From IMG/VR virus record IMGVR_UViG_3300022745_000018, positions 96,001 to 160,000 of that record: a stretch of 64,000 bases of DNA; one strand, written 5' to 3'. Made by a program: the position numbers and the translations under genes. The notes under the pieces are model-generated. The model made no database searches, had not been told where the DNA came from, and was given only the letters and a program-made list of their open reading frames with translations. Positions 9,518 to 17,752 of this stretch are shown here, piece by piece (the stretch's first letter is position 1; every line of letters begins with the position of its first letter). The DNA comes from a virus.

Positions 9518-9996
9518 TTTACCAGCAAAGAGTTGACTTCTTTCTCCAGAATTTTGGAGATGAATGCATGAGAGAAGTCGTACATATTCATATTATCGAC
9601 GACGTTCTTGGATAGAACAAAGCCGATAGAAGAATTTTCCAAAACCAATTGTTTGAATTCAGATAGTTGAATCACACCACATTGATTCCTCGGAGCTTTC
9701 TTTCCAGTCACGTATGCAACCAAACGCTCAAGAGCGGTAGCGCGACCAACCTTCTTATCGTAAGGCAGACGAAGATCTGCACTATGCATCTTTGCGTATG
9801 CAAAGATAATAGAATCATCACAGCGTGCATAAGCAATCGTGAATCTTGGGTATGATGCTTCTTGCGTCACTTCCCATTTTTCAATTGGCAACGACTTTGA
9901 TCTTGGTTGCCACCAAGACTTTGCATGCACATACCGTACTGAAGATGTTTCATATTCAGTGTCATATGCGGCACTTTTGAAGTCACTTTCATTCAT
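9514..9996 (-). CDS. hypothetical protein
   Basis: Operon packing; A..H..D...Y.KKVGR..A..R motif seen in phage proteins. Confidence 0.7.
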   Translation of the reverse strand: MNESDFKSAAYDTEYETSSVRYVHAKSWWQPRSKSLPIEKWEVTQEASYPRFTIAYARCDDSIIFAYAKMHSADLRLPYDKKVGRATALERLVAYVTGKKAPRNQCGVIQLSEFKQLVLENSSIGFVLSKNVVDNMNMYDFSHAFISKILEKEVNSLLVK

Positions 9997-10132
9997 GATC
10001 TACCTTCTTTCTATGTTTCTGATTTCGAGACTTTTCCAAATATTTCTTCCGATTTTTATGTACACCACACCGATTATATTGCCGAGAATGTTTCGCGACA
10101 TAATTTCGTTGTTTTACTTTTGGTGCAGACAT
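9989..10132 (-). CDS. small basic protein, 47 aa
   Basis: Manual translation MSAPKVKQRNYVAKHSRQYNRCGVHKNRKKYLEKSRNQKHRKKVDHE; resembles N.VAK..N....H..RKK small phage proteins. Confidence 0.65.
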   Translation of the reverse strand: MSAPKVKQRNYVAKHSRQYNRCGVHKNRKKYLEKSRNQKHRKKVDHE

Positions 10133-10147
10133 ATCTAAAATTCAATG

Positions 10148-10238
10148 TGGTACCCGAAACCGGACTTGAACCGGTACGCCATCTGATCGTAGCGGCGGAT
10201 TTTAAGTCCGCTGTGTCTACCAATTTCACCATCCGGGC
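10148..10238 (-). tRNA. trnL: tRNA-Leu (anticodon TAA) with encoded CCA
   Basis: GCCCGGA acceptor stem, D-loop TGGTA, anticodon arm GCGGA-CTTAAAA-TCCGC, long variable arm, GGTTCAAGTCC T-arm, 3' ACCA. Confidence 0.96.
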
Positions 10239-10252
10239 ACTATCACAAATCA

Positions 10253-10283
10253 ATTGTACACTATCAGCGATAATGTAGTTGTT
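10253..10283 (-). promoter_or_regulatory. class B promoter (AACAACTACAT-N14-TACAAT) for tRNA-Leu
   Basis: Motif family member 14 nt upstream of the tRNA. Confidence 0.78.
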
Positions 10284-10555
10284 TAAAATGGATGGCTTGA
10301 AGTTTTGTTCAACCGTGAGCCGGGTGCTTCGGCATGTATCTTCTTGAGAACATCGCGGAAGCCATTATCAATTCGCCCATACCCAGAAGTAACTGCTGAG
10401 TACGAAATTGCGGCCGAAGAAACACAACGGGTCAGCGACCCAACTTCATTACATGATGGACATACATCTGTAGCCACCTCATCTCTATCTGAAATCCTTT
10501 TGGATAATTCAGTTCTTGTTCCGCATTTGGAACAAGCATAATCATACAGCGCCAT
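10283..10555 (-). CDS. FmdB-family zinc-ribbon protein
   Basis: YDYACSKCG...CPSC and C-terminal GFRDVLKKI...PGS typical of T4-like FmdB proteins. Confidence 0.88.
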   Translation of the reverse strand: MALYDYACSKCGTRTELSKRISDRDEVATDVCPSCNEVGSLTRCVSSAAISYSAVTSGYGRIDNGFRDVLKKIHAEAPGSRLNKTSSHPF

Positions 10556-10778
10556 CTTGTTTCTCCGTGAGCTTTACTAATTTTGCTGAGAACATCAAGT
10601 CATCGACGATGGCATTCGGTAGAACAAAGAACATTCTAATGAATGCAAATCCCAATCTAATCGTGTTCATGAAGAAATGAAAGAATGTTAAACCGATGGC
10701 TAAAACAGACACAACGAGTTGATCTTTTAGATCTAAATGAACAGACTGAATTTCTTCTCTACTGAATTTCTTTTCCAA
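10542..10778 (-). CDS. hypothetical membrane protein
   Basis: Hydrophobic core, operon packing, GTG start with GAGG RBS. Confidence 0.6.
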   Translation of the reverse strand: MEKKFSREEIQSVHLDLKDQLVVSVLAIGLTFFHFFMNTIRLGFAFIRMFFVLPNAIVDDLMFSAKLVKLTEKQDGAV

Positions 10779-10947
10779 CTGAGTCCTCTTCTGCGGTGTC
10801 TACAATAACCACACTGGATTTATCAACTTCACCACAGACATGACATCTGAAGCCGACGAAAACATAATTTCGATCACGCCAAGTAATGACGTCACCGGTA
10901 TTCGTCTTCATTAGATGTGAGAGCCAATGCTTAAACTTATTGACCAT
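10759..10947 (-). CDS. hypothetical protein (CxxC)
   Basis: Start moved to MVNKFKHW; N.G.V.TW....VFVGFRC..CG pattern. Confidence 0.6.
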   Translation of the reverse strand: MVNKFKHWLSHLMKTNTGDVITWRDRNYVFVGFRCHVCGEVDKSSVVIVDTAEEDSVGKEIQ

Positions 10948-11290
10948 TTCGACCACGTTGATATGCATCTGCTTCTGCTGCACGCTGAATCTCAAGCATA
11001 CGGTCAACTCGACCTTTGCAGTATGCAAGAGCCACGGAATCATTCACATATGCTCCACAGTAATCAACATAGGGTCCATAGGACGGCGGTTGTCGGTTGA
11101 CTTGAACTGGCACAGGGATTCCGATTGGTACACCGGGTGCATAGATGACGGCTGGTTCTGGAGTCTTCGTGACTTGTGTGAATAGACGATAGACGCCTGC
11201 ACCAACAATGGCTGCTTCACCTTCACTCAATCTAGCGTGAGCGAATGTACATGTGAAAATAGTCAGAGCAATCAAAAATTTCTTGAACAT
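10937..11290 (-). CDS. predicted exported protein
   Basis: Start moved to MFKKFLIALTIFTCTFAHA (signal peptide); AAGGA RBS; promoter upstream. Confidence 0.72.
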   Translation of the reverse strand: MFKKFLIALTIFTCTFAHARLSEGEAAIVGAGVYRLFTQVTKTPEPAVIYAPGVPIGIPVPVQVNRQPPSYGPYVDYCGAYVNDSVALAYCKGRVDRMLEIQRAAEADAYQRGRNGQ

Positions 11291-11315
11291 ACAAATCCTT
11301 TCAATGATTTGATCC

Positions 11316-11346
11316 ATTATTGCACATTTAACGAAATGTAGTAGTT
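11316..11346 (-). promoter_or_regulatory. class B promoter (AACTACTACAT-N14-AATAAT)
   Basis: Motif family member. Confidence 0.68.
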
Positions 11347-11438
11347 CGTTAAAATGCCCGATAATGAAATAACACAATTAGATGTGGTATCCAATATCGG
11401 GCATGGATCTAGACGAATCTAAACGATTCTACGACCAA

Positions 11439-12350
11439 TCAATCGTCGTTAACGAGACTGGAGAAGAATGCATCATCGTCATCTTCAGGCATACTAGGTG
11501 TAGGGACAGCCGCGACACGTTTAGCGGGATTTGTTGCTTTAGGTTTCTCAGAAGCAGCCAACTCGGCGAGTGCATCCAATTCAGGATCTTGAGCAGCCTG
11601 TTGAGCACGAGCAGCGCCATTGGATTTACTAACCCCAGTGACCCATTCGAACTTCTTCTTCAATTCGTCATACGATTTGAACTTCTCAGGAGCAACATCA
11701 GCCTTCAGATCATAGCACTTGGCCAAGACGGCATCAATCTTCTTCTTATCACCACCAAACAGGGGTTTAGCGGCACCGAATGTAGAAGTGTCGTAGTTGG
11801 GGAACTTGCTAACGATTGTTCTAACCAGCTTGAAGTCTGCACCAGTCATTGGATCGAATGCGTTGATTGGTTCTGCACCCAAATCTGCATCAGGTTTAGC
11901 AGCAGCAACGATCTTGGCAAACATCTTCTTGGGCATCTTGTACTTAAACACACCACCCTCAGCTTCAGGATTGTTAGTGTCCTTAATCACCAAGATGTTG
12001 ACTGTGTAAGTTTCTTTGCGTTTGCGGCCGCGAACGATCTCCTTGTTCGCTTCTACTTCAGTTTCCCAAAGTTCACGATTGGCTTCGGAGACAGGATCTG
12101 GCAGACCGATAGTTGAAGGACTATCTTCAATATACCAACGATTGGTATTGGCATCTTTGAATGCAAAAGAGAATTTGCGTTGGAATGGGATCTCGTCGAT
12201 GTTCTTGTCAGGCAAGATACGGATCACAGCAGAGGCATTACCAACCTTGTCAGGTGTAGGTCTCCAGTATTCTGAATCCCCTTCATTATTATCGTAGGTT
12301 TTCTTTTGTGAAATTGTGTCAAATTGTTGAAGCAGTTTTGAAAAGTCCAT
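11439..12350 (-). CDS. 32: single-stranded DNA-binding protein gp32
   Basis: W.PT.DKVGN.SAVIR.LP, WYIE..PSTIG..DPV, NILVIKD..NPE.EG.VF.YK, FDP..GADFKL, FKSYDELK, acidic tail. Confidence 0.97.
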   Translation of the reverse strand: MDFSKLLQQFDTISQKKTYDNNEGDSEYWRPTPDKVGNASAVIRILPDKNIDEIPFQRKFSFAFKDANTNRWYIEDSPSTIGLPDPVSEANRELWETEVEANKEIVRGRKRKETYTVNILVIKDTNNPEAEGGVFKYKMPKKMFAKIVAAAKPDADLGAEPINAFDPMTGADFKLVRTIVSKFPNYDTSTFGAAKPLFGGDKKKIDAVLAKCYDLKADVAPEKFKSYDELKKKFEWVTGVSKSNGAARAQQAAQDPELDALAELAASEKPKATNPAKRVAAVPTPSMPEDDDDAFFSSLVNDD

Positions 12351-12410
12351 TTTGATTTCCTTTTTGAAGTTTAGTGAATCCGATTTGTTATTGTCAGATC
12401 GGCAACTGAC
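12351..12410 (-). promoter_or_regulatory. gene 32 translational operator: H-type pseudoknot plus A-rich leader
   Basis: mRNA GUCAG-UUG-CCGAU-CUGAC-AAUAACAA-AUCGG (12410-12380), then an A-rich stretch to the AAGGA RBS. Confidence 0.75.
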
Positions 12411-12432
12411 TATCTATTTATCTCTGTCTAGA

Positions 12433-12470
12433 AAGACAAATGGAGACCGCAGTATTTCGCGGTCTCCATT
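12433..12470 (-). terminator. intrinsic terminator
   Basis: 12 bp stem AATGGAGACCGC/GCGGTCTCCATT, 8 nt loop, T-rich tail on the minus strand. Confidence 0.8.
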
Positions 12471-12483
12471 CAAGATTCTCTAG

Positions 12484-12675
12484 TTACAGAGAATAGCAGG
12501 TCAGACCGGTGCGTGTCTGACTGGTTTGGATTGCCATGCCATGTTCGTAACGCAGATCATAGATTCGAGCAGACAGACGCTGGATGCCCATCTTCTCAGC
12601 TTGAGCTTTGGTCACAGAACGGCCAGCCTCGAACAGAGCAGCCAGTTTTTCCAGTTGAGTTTTGGTTTTCTTCAT
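12484..12675 (-). CDS. small winged helix-turn-helix DNA-binding protein
   Basis: G.SVT..QA...GI.RL.ARIYDLR..G..I pattern; own promoter and terminator. Confidence 0.8.
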   Translation of the reverse strand: MKKTKTQLEKLAALFEAGRSVTKAQAEKMGIQRLSARIYDLRYEHGMAIQTSQTRTGLTCYSL

Positions 12676-12732
12676 TTCATACCTTTCATGTTAAAGAAAA
12701 ATGATGGTGGATAACTGCACCATCTACAGTTT

Positions 12733-12767
12733 ATTTTACACAGCAAAATCGCCATGTAAAATTTTTC
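12733..12767 (-). promoter_or_regulatory. class A sigma70-like early promoter (AAAAATTTTACA-N16-TAAAAT, extended TG)
   Basis: Near-identical to the promoter at 15331-15365. Confidence 0.78.
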
Positions 12768-12905
12768 TTAGCTGAGCGCCGGTAACGTAACCAGAACCAA
12801 CCCGCATAGAATGATCACATCAGAATTCGGTACTTTGAAATAGACACCGACCATACCCATTCCAACCAGTGTTACGCCAGAGACAAATGAGGCAATGTTC
12901 TTCAT
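12768..12905 (-). CDS. small two-helix membrane protein, 45 aa
   Basis: Manual translation MKNIASFVSGVTLVGMGMVGVYFKVPNSDVIILCGLVLVTLPALS. Confidence 0.6.
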   Translation of the reverse strand: MKNIASFVSGVTLVGMGMVGVYFKVPNSDVIILCGLVLVTLPALS

Positions 12906-12916
12906 GATATGTTCTT

Positions 12917-14269
12917 TCATTTTGCTACCGTATCGAACCAAGTGTTAACACCAGCGAAGGCACGTTCACGGATCTCGTCAAACGTTGGCCTGTAAAGAAC
13001 CTTACCGTTTTCGTAGTAAGTAACGAAGTCAGCAGAATCTTGATTTCCGCCCTTCGATTTCTTACCAGGATCCGTGATAGGATTCTTCACTGTTTTGACA
13101 GCCTTGCCACCAATGATCATCTCAGATGTTTTCTGAGCAAACTTGGATGTGTCACGTGTAACGGATTGCAGCAAGCCACCACCTGAGCCTAGCACGACAC
13201 ATTCGGGAGCATACCCGAGGTCAACCACTTTCTGCATTAGCATCAAAGCAGTGGTTGGGTTGATGCCATCGCCTTGAATGATACCGACATTGTTGATCAC
13301 TTTCTTGCCTTTGCTATTGATCTTGTAACCAAACGCATTACTTTGCATTTCAAGCAGAGCAGGCACGACTTCGAACATATCACCTGAATCTGGACGGAAC
13401 ACGACCTTGGCTCCAGAATTCACGATCTGTTCTTTGAACGTCGTACATAGGAGAGCAGCTTCGCGGAAAGTATTGTAACCATCAATCACGATGGAAACAA
13501 TAGAACCAGGTTTCGCATAGACATCAAGCATTCGCTTGAGATATTCATGTTGACCGCCTTCACCGTACGAACATTGGACGCTGTGTTCAGATGCAGGAAC
13601 TGAGAATCCGATCGGACCCTTTGCTCCGTAATAGTGTTTAGCGTACTGCAGAGCAGCGACATTGTCTGTACCGCTAAAGAAAACCAAATGGCCAAGACCG
13701 CCGACACCTGAAGATTCGAACGAGGTGGCGCCACGAGAACCGAAGTCATTCAAAGCAAATGGAAGATTTCCTGGATTGTCTGATGCAATATCATAGAACC
13801 ACTTCAGCGACTTGTAGAGTTCTAGACCCTGAGATGCGATCGTGGTGGGATACCAGACAGATCGCTGCATCGCAGTCTCGATGAACGATGCCAGGGTTGG
13901 GCACTTTGGATCCGTGGAAACAACAGACACAATTGCGGTGTTTGAAGGGACAACTTGACCCTCAGGAATACCACGAACACGAAGAGGTAGGAATCCGCCG
14001 TGTTTGTTGAGGACATGTTCCCACATCGCTCGGTCAAACGGTTCACCGTGTGGAACGATCAGTTCTTCCGCTTCGTCAATGTCAGCTTTTGTGATTGGTG
14101 TTTCCAGCCAGTCCTTGATATAGACACTTAGACCTAAGGGGACGATTCGTTTACCAGAAACACGCGGTTCAATGTACGAATACATCGATTCGGTTCCGTT
14201 TGGATAGACTGCTAAAGTCTGACTGTATTTGTACGAATCTGCACTGAGAACTACATTTTTCTTGAACAT
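12917..14269 (-). CDS. nadV: nicotinamide phosphoribosyltransferase (NAMPT)
   Basis: DSYK, WYPTTIAS, DFGSRG, SVPASEHS, FRPDSGD, IQGDG, GSGGGLLQ..RDT, K.P.TDPGKKSK. Confidence 0.96.
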   Translation of the reverse strand: MFKKNVVLSADSYKYSQTLAVYPNGTESMYSYIEPRVSGKRIVPLGLSVYIKDWLETPITKADIDEAEELIVPHGEPFDRAMWEHVLNKHGGFLPLRVRGIPEGQVVPSNTAIVSVVSTDPKCPTLASFIETAMQRSVWYPTTIASQGLELYKSLKWFYDIASDNPGNLPFALNDFGSRGATSFESSGVGGLGHLVFFSGTDNVAALQYAKHYYGAKGPIGFSVPASEHSVQCSYGEGGQHEYLKRMLDVYAKPGSIVSIVIDGYNTFREAALLCTTFKEQIVNSGAKVVFRPDSGDMFEVVPALLEMQSNAFGYKINSKGKKVINNVGIIQGDGINPTTALMLMQKVVDLGYAPECVVLGSGGGLLQSVTRDTSKFAQKTSEMIIGGKAVKTVKNPITDPGKKSKGGNQDSADFVTYYENGKVLYRPTFDEIRERAFAGVNTWFDTVAK

Positions 14270-14293
14270 TTTTAACTCCTATAGATGTTCGGT

Positions 14294-15298
14294 TTAACAC
14301 ACTTGAGATTTGTAAGCCGGTTCTTGAACCACACCGGTCATTACTGAGATGATGTCTTTATGATCATCAAACATAGCGATACTGTTGAGTGCTTCGGATA
14401 AAGGCACCCATCGGCAACTAGCAGCATCATCACGCCCATTTGCTCTCGGCAGAGAACCATCCTTATCAGGTTGAATTCTAATATGAACAGCAAGGGTGCT
14501 TCTTGGGATCCCCATGCAGCGTGTAGGATCGTCAAATAGACGCGTTCCTACAATCGAACCACGGAGAACTTTTTCTGGGACACGAACATTCGTTTCTTCA
14601 TTGAGTTCGCGGATAGCGCAGTCCAAGAAGGTTTCGTCGCGATTTTTGAAGCCGCCTGGTAAAGCCATCGTTCCTGCGCCGGGTGCAAACTTTCGTTCGA
14701 TCAGAAGGATGTGGCCATTGCATTCCAAGATAGCATCACCACAATTGAAATTGAGTGTATCTGGGTATGGGTATTTAGCGAATGCAACCTTCTCACGTTC
14801 ATAGAAAAGGTAATCACCTAGTACCGTTTCTGGTACAGACCGATCTCGTTCAGCAAACAACTTGTTGCGGATCGTTGTTGCATCTATAGCATGAGATGAT
14901 TCTACGCTACGGAATTCAAATTCCGGGAACCAATTCAAATAATCATTCCCGATCTTGTAATGACCGAACAGAATGACTTTTTCGTCAGGTTTTGCTAACG
15001 AACCAATCGTCATCCTAACATCGGTGAGCCATTGCCCATCCGAATAACGATAGTCGTTCAGCGGAGCAAATTCCACTCTAGAGAGATCGATTTTGCTGTT
15101 TCGCATAGCGACGATTAGTGCTTGTACACGTTCGCTATACGTCCATGGATTTTTGATCGAGCGGCATTGGTTAGCTGAACCAACCAAAACCAGTAAACGA
15201 TCCACTTGAGATGCGGCTACACCCAACAAGTGCATATGGCCAGCATGCGGTTTTCCAGATTGAAACCGCCCAATAACAACTCCTACAGTTTTCTTCAC
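14294..15298 (-). CDS. natV: bifunctional NMN adenylyltransferase / Nudix hydrolase (NadM-Nudix)
   Basis: IGRFQ..HAGH, GSAN..KNPW, AT.IR; ALPGGF...E....AIRELNEET Nudix box; DDA, FDDH; GTG start. Confidence 0.95.
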   Translation of the reverse strand: MKKTVGVVIGRFQSGKPHAGHMHLLGVAASQVDRLLVLVGSANQCRSIKNPWTYSERVQALIVAMRNSKIDLSRVEFAPLNDYRYSDGQWLTDVRMTIGSLAKPDEKVILFGHYKIGNDYLNWFPEFEFRSVESSHAIDATTIRNKLFAERDRSVPETVLGDYLFYEREKVAFAKYPYPDTLNFNCGDAILECNGHILLIERKFAPGAGTMALPGGFKNRDETFLDCAIRELNEETNVRVPEKVLRGSIVGTRLFDDPTRCMGIPRSTLAVHIRIQPDKDGSLPRANGRDDAASCRWVPLSEALNSIAMFDDHKDIISVMTGVVQEPAYKSQVC

Positions 15299-15330
15299 CT
15301 GAACTCCTCAGATATATGATGATAGAATTT

Positions 15331-15365
15331 ATTTTACACAGACTCTAGAGAATGTAAAATTTTTC
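15331..15365 (-). promoter_or_regulatory. class A sigma70-like early promoter for the NAD salvage operon
   Basis: GAAAAATTTTACA-N16-TAAAAT with TGTG before the -10. Confidence 0.78.
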
Positions 15366-16412
15366 TCACAGATGTTTGTAGACATGGTCTACAAACAGTT
15401 CATGACGATGTTTCTGCCAATGTTCGAAGTCGTCTTTGATCAACTGTTCTGTTACTTCCGCCGTTCTAGCGATAATAGCAGACTGATGATATTTTGTACC
15501 ATTCGTCAGATATCTAATGAACTCACCCAATTGCTTTCCGGATAGACCAGTCAGACGACCAACGATATCTCCATTGAATTTCTCTCTAGCCATCAATTGA
15601 AGACTATGACGGCGATGGATCTCGAAATGATCTTGAGCAGCATGTGGGAATTCAGTGAAGATCAGACCGTTCCAGATACGCTTGTCTTCAGGGAATACAT
15701 ACCAATCTTTTTCTCCCAGCGATTCGCACCACTTCAAGAATGCCGTGTATGTTTTGCGCTTCTTATCACGAACGCGGGCAATTGAATTCCGATTCTCCAG
15801 TAAATAGATGGACGGATTGAACAGATCGTTGTCGGCTACGTATTTGAACATCTCCTCGAGCGTCTGGAATCCTTCTAGATGCACTTCAGGATCGTAACCG
15901 ATTAACCGCAAAGCCGCGGAGAAATCTCTCGTGACGACGATGTTTCCGATTCTGTCAGTACCTGCGTTAACTGGCATCCATAGACCGTCATGTCCAAACT
16001 TCAACCCAAGCTTATGGAAAATTCTACCAAGGAGGTTACCACAATCATTGTAGGAGAAGTACCGCAGAGCGAAGTCGTATGATTGACGAGCGATATGAAT
16101 CAGATCAACCTGTACGACACCATCATCCAAAGGAATACCCAATGAAATGATTTTAGATTTCTTGTCTGCCCAAGCAAACTGCGAATGTTCAATTGCACCA
16201 AGTTCTCTATCAATTTGAGTCGTAGAATCCACCGTCTCGTCGAGCATCACGACAATGTCGATATCACCAAAGTCATCCTTGTCTCGGTATGCAGGAATAA
16301 CATCGGCTGTATACCCCAAAGAACGGATTTTCTCTACAACATCAGCAGAGATCGTGATGAACTGTTCTTTGTTCATTCGTTTGGCTTGAAAGCCCAATGC
16401 AGTGCCACCCAT
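15366..16412 (-). CDS. Pol-beta superfamily nucleotidyltransferase
   Basis: YR.K..FGDIDIVV and VQVDL catalytic Asp triad; GLKFGHDGL. Confidence 0.8.
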   Translation of the reverse strand: MGGTALGFQAKRMNKEQFITISADVVEKIRSLGYTADVIPAYRDKDDFGDIDIVVMLDETVDSTTQIDRELGAIEHSQFAWADKKSKIISLGIPLDDGVVQVDLIHIARQSYDFALRYFSYNDCGNLLGRIFHKLGLKFGHDGLWMPVNAGTDRIGNIVVTRDFSAALRLIGYDPEVHLEGFQTLEEMFKYVADNDLFNPSIYLLENRNSIARVRDKKRKTYTAFLKWCESLGEKDWYVFPEDKRIWNGLIFTEFPHAAQDHFEIHRRHSLQLMAREKFNGDIVGRLTGLSGKQLGEFIRYLTNGTKYHQSAIIARTAEVTEQLIKDDFEHWQKHRHELFVDHVYKHL

Positions 16413-16413
16413 A

Positions 16414-16929
16414 TCATTTCCTTACTACTGAAAGCATCATGACGATGTAGTCTGAACCACACCAATACACAGAGTGTTCTTTCCGAGGATTGAAGATAAG
16501 CGCTCTTTCATAAAGAGCACCATAACTCTTCTTACTTGTCACTGAATCGTAATACTGAAATCTTGGTAGATCGCAGTAGATAGTTTTTGAGTTTCGCTCT
16601 TCATTGACAACTGCAATCGGTAGTACGAAGAAATGGATTTTCGGATGAATATCATCGGTATGCGGAGTAACCGATATTGTGTGCATCTGAAATTCTACAC
16701 AACCTGAAGGTATGTGATCGATGTACTTTCGATTCTTGTTGTAGTCATCACCAACCAATTCAAACCCATCATCCGACACGGACTCAATGATGAAGCATTG
16801 AAGTTCTTTCGGTAATTCAGAGAACTCCATCAAAGGGCCGCTAAATGAATTTACTTCATAAGTACATTGGTCAAATTTCGACCAAATCGACTTTGCAAAA
16901 TCTTCAGATACAAGTGGAGAGTGAATCAT
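16414..16929 (-). CDS. putative 2OG-Fe(II) oxygenase / cupin-fold protein
   Basis: PHTD (HxD) and distal IFNPRKEHSV His; start moved to MIHSPL. Confidence 0.55.
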   Translation of the reverse strand: MIHSPLVSEDFAKSIWSKFDQCTYEVNSFSGPLMEFSELPKELQCFIIESVSDDGFELVGDDYNKNRKYIDHIPSGCVEFQMHTISVTPHTDDIHPKIHFFVLPIAVVNEERNSKTIYCDLPRFQYYDSVTSKKSYGALYERALIFNPRKEHSVYWCGSDYIVMMLSVVRK

Positions 16930-17192
16930 AGCGATCTCCAAAACATCAAACGGCGGGCGAGGCGACGATACCATTGATCACGACGGACTTCAGTGATGCT
17001 CGCTGTCTGTCGTTTGAATTCAGAACACTGCTTCTTCCAATCACCCGGCATATAATGAACTCTGTAGTAATGGCCATGATTGATTGCACCTGGCCAAATG
17101 TAACGGCCACCAGTCTCACACAGAATAGAATGAAACTTGGTGAAGTGCTCAGCTGGAATATTCTCAGATACTATATGCATGCTTATCCTCAA
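16926..17192 (-). CDS. hypothetical protein
   Basis: Operon packing. Confidence 0.6.
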   Translation of the reverse strand: MRISMHIVSENIPAEHFTKFHSILCETGGRYIWPGAINHGHYYRVHYMPGDWKKQCSEFKRQTASITEVRRDQWYRRLARRLMFWRSL

Positions 17193-17688
17193 CAGGCAAA
17201 CAAAGTCTCAATGTAACGCCACAACGAAGGCAAGAATACCTCTTACCCTCAGCGATTCGTTTAGCGACGATAGGTCCAACCGGTTGAATACAGCAATGGC
17301 ATTCAGCCCGCTGACGATTTGAATTAGTATTTGAACTAAACTCTCGAGAAATAAACCGAGATGGTTTACCACCAATAGACGCAACAATGCGCTTCCATTC
17401 TTTACCATGCGACTGTTTTGCTTCTGGATGTAGACAAGCAGTAATTACATGAGCGACTTCATGACGCACAATTTCGTCTAAGAACGGTTCACCGTAGAGT
17501 TTGAGTCTGGTTTCGTTGATCTGAATCTTACAGATCTTCTTATCAATCAAATGATCATCAAAGAAAGCACGACCGACTACATGTTTACGATTCATGTAAG
17601 ACAGCTGAACGGTGAAATCTGCAGTTTGAGAATAGCGCTTTAGTAATTCATTGGCTAAAGCAATACACTTGTCATGATATTGATTCAT
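17164..17688 (-). CDS. SprT-family zinc metalloprotease
   Basis: GRA, HEVAH, HGKEWK motifs and C-terminal CxC / CxxC zinc ribbon. Confidence 0.9.
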   Translation of the reverse strand: MNQYHDKCIALANELLKRYSQTADFTVQLSYMNRKHVVGRAFFDDHLIDKKICKIQINETRLKLYGEPFLDEIVRHEVAHVITACLHPEAKQSHGKEWKRIVASIGGKPSRFISREFSSNTNSNRQRAECHCCIQPVGPIVAKRIAEGKRYSCLRCGVTLRLCLPVEDKHAYSI

Positions 17689-17721
17689 TTTGAAAACTAC
17701 ATTTTGTTTGTCGATGGATGA

Positions 17722-17752
17722 ATTTTATCCAACCATCGATCATGTAGTTATT
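17722..17752 (-). promoter_or_regulatory. class B promoter (AATAACTACAT-N14-TAAAAT)
   Basis: Motif family member heading the SprT operon. Confidence 0.78.

Noticed and set aside
11354-11404. 10 bp inverted repeat ATGCCCGATA/TATCGGGCAT after gene 32
   Set aside because: 31 nt loop and a short T tail; may be a terminator but too atypical to call.
11382-12116. 244 aa plus-strand ORF
   Set aside because: Antisense shadow of gp32; no RBS or recognisable motifs.
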